A stretch of 64,000 nt of DNA from an uncultured Caryophanaceae bacterium. Its GTDB lineage: Bacteria; Bacillota; Bacilli; Bacillales_A; Planococcaceae. A program made the translations under genes and the position numbers. The DNA lies in the NCBI GenBank assembly GCA_963843665.1, contig CAWJLH010000011.1:33677-97676 (forward strand), written 5' to 3'. Shown one piece after another: positions 58,926-64,000 of the stretch. The notes beneath the pieces were generated by a model that did no database searches, was not told the origin of the DNA, and saw only the letters and a list, made by a program, of their open reading frames with translations. Position 1 is the first letter of the stretch. Every line of letters starts with the position of its first letter.

Positions 58926-59930
58926 ATGAGATTAAGTGTACTGGACCAAGCACCGATTACAAAAGGGAATCGTGCACCGGATGCTTTGAAAAAAGCAGAA
59001 GAACTGGCCATTTTAGCAGATGAATTAGGCTATCATCGAATGTGGATGGCGGAGCATCATGGTACAACCGCTTTTGCAAGTTCAGCTCCGGAAGTGACGG
59101 CTGCTCATCTGGCTGCAAAAACGAAAAGTATTCGAATTGGCACCGGTGGTATCATGATGATGCATTATTCACCATTGAAATTGGCCGAAGTGTTTAAAAC
59201 ATTGAGTGCACTTTCACCGGGGCGCATTGATTTTGGTGTTGGGCGCGCTCCAGGAGGGGATAATCATTCCATCTATGCGCTATCAGAAGGACGTCAACCG
59301 ATGGTAAATAATATGTATGAAAAATTGGATACGGCCCTGCAATTGATCAACGATGAAGTACCTGTAGACAGTTTGTACAATAAAACAATCGCAACTCCGT
59401 CCCAAGTCGTTTTGCCAGAAGCTTGGCTGTTGGGATCTAGCGGTAACAGTGCCATACAAGCCGGACGTCGGGGTATTGGCTATTCGTTTGCGCAGTTTTT
59501 CAACGGCGAGATGACGAAAGAAATTTTAGAGGCTTATAAAAGTAATTTTCAGCCTTCCGCTTTTATGGAGAAACCGGAAATCACGGTTTCCTATATGGTG
59601 ACTACGGCTGAAACAAAAGAAGAAGCTGAGTTTGAGGCAGTACCTCAAGATATTGCACGTCTCATGCTAATGAAGGGCAGAATCGGTCAATCGTTGACAC
59701 CTGAAGAAGCCCGAGACTATCCATTGACAGAAATGGATCGAATGACCATTCAACAAAATCGTAAACTGCATCTAGTAGGAGCGGTGGAAGAAATCGCAAC
59801 ATTACTGCAAGAAGAACAAGCGCATTATGGATTCGATGAAGCGATGATTTGCAGCATCCCTCATTCACAAGAGAAACGTTTGAATGTGTATCGCTTATTG
59901 GCACGGGAATTGTTTTTAGAAAGGAAGTAA
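58926..59930 (+). CDS. LLM-class flavin-dependent oxidoreductase (luciferase family)
   Basis: [25 protein letters not shown] and GVGRAPG. Confidence 0.92.
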   Translation: MRLSVLDQAPITKGNRAPDALKKAEELAILADELGYHRMWMAEHHGTTAFASSAPEVTAAHLAAKTKSIRIGTGGIMMMHYSPLKLAEVFKTLSALSPGRIDFGVGRAPGGDNHSIYALSEGRQPMVNNMYEKLDTALQLINDEVPVDSLYNKTIATPSQVVLPEAWLLGSSGNSAIQAGRRGIGYSFAQFFNGEMTKEILEAYKSNFQPSAFMEKPEITVSYMVTTAETKEEAEFEAVPQDIARLMLMKGRIGQSLTPEEARDYPLTEMDRMTIQQNRKLHLVGAVEEIATLLQEEQAHYGFDEAMICSIPHSQEKRLNVYRLLARELFLERK

Positions 59931-59934
59931 TGAA

Positions 59935-60813
59935 ATGAAGGACTATTTAGTAAAAGCAATTGCGTATAATGATCAAGTCCGTGCATATGCAGTGATTACA
60001 ACAGAAACTGTTGGAGAAGCCCAACGTCGCCATCAGACATGGCCAACTGCATCAGCTGCGCTTGGTCGATCCATGACAGCCAGTGTAATATTGGGGGCAA
60101 TGCTTAAAGGCGAGGAAAAAATAACGGTTAAAATAGATGGCGGCGGACCGATCGGCACCATTCTGGTAGATGCAAATACGAAAGGGGAAGTTCGGGGATA
60201 TGTTACAAATCCTCAAACTCATTTTGACCTAAATGCACAGGGGAAGTTAGATGTGCAGCAAGCAGTTGGAACAAATGGAATGCTCACAGTATCAAAAGAT
60301 ATCGGATTACAACAACCCTTTGTCGGACATGTTCCACTCATCTCAGGTGAATTAGGTGACGACTTTACATCCTATATCGTTCATTCAGAGCAAGTTCCTT
60401 CTTCTGTAGGGGTAGGTGTTTTAGTAAATCCGGATCAGACAATTCAAGCCGCGGGTGGATTCATCATTCAACTGCTACCTGGTACAAATGATGAGACAAT
60501 TACGAGGATTGAAGAACGTTTGAAAGAAATTATGCCCATTTCTTCAATGGTTGAGCAAGGGATGACGCCAGAACAGATACTTGAACAAGTACTGGGTGCC
60601 GGAAATGTGAAATTTTTAGAGAAGATGCCTATCCATTTCCAATGTCAATGTTCTAAAGAGAGAATTACCAATGCCATCGTCAGCTTGGGAAGTGAAGAGA
60701 TCCAAGACATGATTCAGACTGATGGAAAAGCTGATGCTCAATGTCATTTTTGCAATGAAAATTACCATTTTTCAAAAAAAGATCTGGAATTATTATTGGA
60801 AGATGCAAGATAA
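59935..60813 (+). CDS. hslO: Hsp33 redox-regulated chaperone
   Basis: ASAALGR, G.VPLISGE.G.D and Zn-switch CQC...CHFC. Confidence 0.95.
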   Translation: MKDYLVKAIAYNDQVRAYAVITTETVGEAQRRHQTWPTASAALGRSMTASVILGAMLKGEEKITVKIDGGGPIGTILVDANTKGEVRGYVTNPQTHFDLNAQGKLDVQQAVGTNGMLTVSKDIGLQQPFVGHVPLISGELGDDFTSYIVHSEQVPSSVGVGVLVNPDQTIQAAGGFIIQLLPGTNDETITRIEERLKEIMPISSMVEQGMTPEQILEQVLGAGNVKFLEKMPIHFQCQCSKERITNAIVSLGSEEIQDMIQTDGKADAQCHFCNENYHFSKKDLELLLEDAR

Positions 60814-60966
60814 CAAAGAAACTATTCATGTGACATCACAATCACTAAAAGCCATTCTCATATTTTTATTGAGATGGCTTCTTCTGTTTACTCTTCAAGC
60901 AGATCCAATAACACAATTACAAAACTAGCAGATTATATGAAAAAAATTCTACGATTAAAGTACCGA

Positions 60967-61275
60967 TTATGTGCATTGAAATGAGATGATTTGGTCTAAA
61001 TCCGTTCCCCACGGAATCCACACAGCGCCGGTCCATTTATAACCTGTTGTTGAAACATAATCGATGTAAGTTGGATGGAACCAAAAAGAACTTCGATTGA
61101 CGAGCCTTATATACGTATCACGATATAAACAACCACGCAAAGCTCCTGGATCTATAGAAAATGGCATAGGTTGATGTTCAGGTACAGTGGAAGGGGGTGG
61201 GGTAGTGGGGGCAATCCCTTTTTCTGTAGGTGAGTGTTGGGGCTTATGTGGGTCCGGCGTGAATGAGTCAGTCAA
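60967..61275 (-). CDS. Pro-rich hypothetical protein (spore-coat-like)
   Basis: TTG start after AAGGAGG; IDPGA.RGCLYR.TYI.L.N..SFWF.P pattern. Confidence 0.7.
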   Translation of the reverse strand: MTDSFTPDPHKPQHSPTEKGIAPTTPPPSTVPEHQPMPFSIDPGALRGCLYRDTYIRLVNRSSFWFHPTYIDYVSTTGYKWTGAVWIPWGTDLDQIISFQCT

Positions 61276-61369
61276 ATTGTACGCCTCCTTTGGAAGTATC
61301 ATCGAAATAGCATATGTAAGTTAAATAATTTGGGAACGGCCATTCCTGGAATTTTACTTTGATCTGGAC

Positions 61370-61420
61370 AAAAAAGAGCGAGTCATTCCACGATCTAATC
61401 GGGAATGACTCGCTCTTTTT
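61370..61420 (-). terminator. Terminator of the pha operon
   Basis: AAAAAAGAGCGAGTCATTCC...GGAATGACTCGCTCTTTTT. Confidence 0.85.
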
Positions 61421-61442
61421 AATAGAACTTGACGTTTAAAGT

Positions 61443-62531
61443 TTACTTTGAACGAGTTGTCAACCAGTTGTCTACAAGCGGATAGAGTTCATTGTTTGCT
61501 TTACGTCCAACAACGATTGAAACGTGTCCTGTATCCATCAAGTGATACGTCTTGTCTTTACTTGATATTTTATTCATCAACGGTTCAACTTGCTTAGGAT
61601 TGGCAATATTATCACGTTTACCGGCAATATTTAAGACATTTGCTGTAATCTGACCGAGATCAACTTTACGTCCACGGATGTAAAGCTGATCGTTAATAAG
61701 CTTATTTTCCTGGTAAAATTCGCGGATCCATTGACGATATGCTTCGCCTGGGAATGGGATTCCATCATTCAACCATTTTTGCATAAGCTTCCAATTTTGA
61801 ATAAACGCCTCATTATCCGCACGATTTGCCAGTCCGACGTAAGGTCCGTAAACATTAGCAATCGGGTTTAATAATTTGTTCCCGAAGTCAATCATATCAT
61901 GCGGAATAAGTCCAAGTGTATCGACCAGTTTATCTAAATTGAAGTAACGTTTATCTAAGAAGTTCGAATAGAGGCCAGCATCTTCAAAATCAAATGGGCT
62001 CGTCATGAATATTAAATTTCGAATCGGCAAATTTGGATGGAGTGCAGCAAAAATCGAAGTCATTGTTCCACCCATACAATACCCTAATAAACTGATTTCG
62101 TCAGCCTCTGATGTTCGTAACACCTTTTTGATGGCACGCGGAATGTAATCCAGGATAAAATCATCGAACTTTAAATGACGGTCCTCGTGACCAAATGTGC
62201 CCCAATCTAGTAAGTACACATCATGTCCTTGGTTTGTCAAATGTTCGATTAAACTATTCCCAGGTGATAAGTCCAAGATATAAGGTTTGTTAATCAATGC
62301 GTAAATCATTAAAATCGGCACTTTGTTCGTCTTCTTATTGTTTGGCTGATAGCGATAAAGTTTTGCTTTATTTTTAGTCCAGATTACTTCTTTCGGTGTT
62401 TGCCCGACTTGAGGCTCTGGATCCGTCGTCAAAACTTCAGTTACCCGTTTCAGTCGATGGTAGCCGTCTTTGTATTCATCGGGCATTTGATCCACCCAAC
62501 TATCCAATTCTTTTACGCTCGAATAAATCAT
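61443..62531 (-). CDS. phaC: PHA synthase catalytic subunit (class IV, class III-like PhaC)
   Basis: GQTPKE, YALINKPYILDL, lipase box GYCMGG, catalytic D (KRDNI) and GHVS. Confidence 0.95.
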   Translation of the reverse strand: MIYSSVKELDSWVDQMPDEYKDGYHRLKRVTEVLTTDPEPQVGQTPKEVIWTKNKAKLYRYQPNNKKTNKVPILMIYALINKPYILDLSPGNSLIEHLTNQGHDVYLLDWGTFGHEDRHLKFDDFILDYIPRAIKKVLRTSEADEISLLGYCMGGTMTSIFAALHPNLPIRNLIFMTSPFDFEDAGLYSNFLDKRYFNLDKLVDTLGLIPHDMIDFGNKLLNPIANVYGPYVGLANRADNEAFIQNWKLMQKWLNDGIPFPGEAYRQWIREFYQENKLINDQLYIRGRKVDLGQITANVLNIAGKRDNIANPKQVEPLMNKISSKDKTYHLMDTGHVSIVVGRKANNELYPLVDNWLTTRSK

Positions 62532-62615
62532 TATTCTCCTCCTAAAACAAGTTTTCCGGTCACAGATAGGGCTTCCTTATCGAAAACGACTATGCGTGAT
62601 AGGAATAAAGCATTA

Positions 62616-63401
62616 TTACATGTACAGACCGCCATTTACATTGATTGTCTGCCCTGTTATATAGCTAGATTTTGCCAGGTAGATAACCGCCTCGGCAATT
62701 TCGTCCACTTGGCCAAGACGTTGCATCGGTACTTTTGAAATAATAGATTGCTTGACATTCTCCGGCATCGCCGCAACCATTTCAGTTTCGATAAAGCCTG
62801 GGCAGACTGCATTTACAGTGATACCGTTTCTTGCTGTCTCCAACGCGAGGGATTTTGTGAATCCGATCATACCGGCTTTGGAAGCAGAATAGTTAGTTTG
62901 ACCAAATCCACCAGCTTGTCCGATGATTGAACTGATATTGATGATACGGCCTGATTTTTGCTCCAACATTTCATTGATAACTGCGGAAGTTGTCCGATAT
63001 ACACTATTTAAATTCACATCGATGACTTCGTTCCAATCATCTTCAGACATTTTTCGGAAAGTACGATCTCTTGTAATACCGGCATTATTGACAAGAATAT
63101 CAATTTTACCGTAACGTTCTTTTACCGCGCCGATAAAATGTTGAATACCATTGCCATCTGAAACGTCGGCTTTGATCGCATAAGATGTGCCACCCTCTTC
63201 TTCAATCGCTTTTACAACTGCTGCGGCACTTTCAGTATTTGACTGATAGTTGATTGCCACGTAAGCTCCGTTTCGCGCCAATTCTTTTGCGATTGCAGCG
63301 CCAATACCGCGAGAGCCTCCAGTTACGACTGCTACTTTTCCTTCAAGTGGTTTTAGGGTAACCTTTTTTCCGATTTCTTCTGTGATTGTCATTGTGTGCA
63401 C
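62616..63401 (-). CDS. phaB: Acetoacetyl-CoA reductase
   Basis: TGGSRGIG, NNAGITRD, NISS and YSASK; lies between phaR and phaC. Confidence 0.93.
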   Translation of the reverse strand: MHTMTITEEIGKKVTLKPLEGKVAVVTGGSRGIGAAIAKELARNGAYVAINYQSNTESAAAVVKAIEEEGGTSYAIKADVSDGNGIQHFIGAVKERYGKIDILVNNAGITRDRTFRKMSEDDWNEVIDVNLNSVYRTTSAVINEMLEQKSGRIINISSIIGQAGGFGQTNYSASKAGMIGFTKSLALETARNGITVNAVCPGFIETEMVAAMPENVKQSIISKVPMQRLGQVDEIAEAVIYLAKSSYITGQTINVNGGLYM

Positions 63402-63445
63402 GCTCCTTCTGATGTGGTTAGATGTATAGAATTTCTAAATCTATG

Positions 63446-63895
63446 TTATTTTTTCGTACTTTGAGCAGGGGCTACGGCCGCAGCTGTCTGCTGTACTCTC
63501 GTTTCATCTATGAAAGTTAGCACCCTATCCAATTTTTTGTCTAAATTTGCAACAGCCCTTTTCAGCTGACTGATATCTTTTGTTGTTTCGTCGTTTGCCG
63601 TTGCATCATCGATTTTATCTTCAAGATCATCCACTTTGTTCTCCAGGTTGATAATGAGTGATGCAACGTTTGAAATTTCGTCGCGTGTAGGCATGTTCAC
63701 TTGTTTCAAATAAGTTTCGGTCATTTTAGAAACAACCTCTTGATACTGTAAATAACTATTCAGCGTCTGCCCCATTCCTTCAGAGAAAGATTCTTTCCCT
63801 AATGATTCCTGGAGTACATCGCTCCAAGATGCTTCAGTTTTTTCATAGATGTCTTTCCACAACGTGAATGGATCAAATTGCATTTTCTGAGTCAA
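63446..63895 (-). CDS. phaR: PHA synthase subunit PhaR
   Basis: FDPF..WK..Y.KTE..W and NMPTR.EI..VA.LIINLE.KVD; TTG start. Confidence 0.9.
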   Translation of the reverse strand: MTQKMQFDPFTLWKDIYEKTEASWSDVLQESLGKESFSEGMGQTLNSYLQYQEVVSKMTETYLKQVNMPTRDEISNVASLIINLENKVDDLEDKIDDATANDETTKDISQLKRAVANLDKKLDRVLTFIDETRVQQTAAAVAPAQSTKK

Positions 63896-64000
63896 ACAAC
63901 ATCATCTCCTTTTCCAAACTATGAGCCTTCCAAAGTACATTTTCATTGTACAGTAGACGATTTTTTTTATCAATTAAAATAATTAAAATTGTCCGACTAG

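Noticed and set aside
1-64000. Many short opposite-strand or alternate-frame ORFs in the track (e.g. 178-384, 2897-3121, 16409-16834, 35325-35570)
   Set aside because: They lie within well-supported genes, lack RBSs and show no recognisable motifs.
1-64000. rRNA, tRNA, prophage or integrase
   Set aside because: No tRNA cloverleaf or rRNA-like segments in the intergenic gaps, and no recombinase or phage structural motifs in any ORF.

Overview
Chromosomal window from a spore-forming Bacillales bacterium (Bacillaceae/Planococcaceae-like; inferred from gene content such as sspL, yqhV, yunC, sqhC and class IV phaRBC, and from sigmaE/sigmaG-type promoters). It mixes housekeeping genes (partial proB, proA, queCDE with a preQ1-I riboswitch, bioY, a class A PBP, phaR-phaB-phaC) with many accessory transporters, regulators and small proteins. 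I saw no rRNA, tRNA, CRISPR array, integrase or prophage gene. Best leads: (1) a 1288-aa Upf1/DNA2-like SF1 helicase with a ~500-aa coiled-coil insert, followed by a winged-helix-like partner and preceded by a divergent orphan gene, resembling a stripped-down Mokosh-like defence module (inference); (2) a tight five-gene operon of an Rrf2 regulator, two luciferase-like monooxygenases, DUF896 and Hsp33, suggesting an oxidative/thiol-stress system; (3) an IS1182 element flanked by two identical 26-bp copies of a terminator hairpin; (4) several small ORFs missed by the ORF track; (5) a gene-decay zone at about 45.8-54.6 kb with several broken genes. All family assignments come from motif recognition by eye; no database searches were run.
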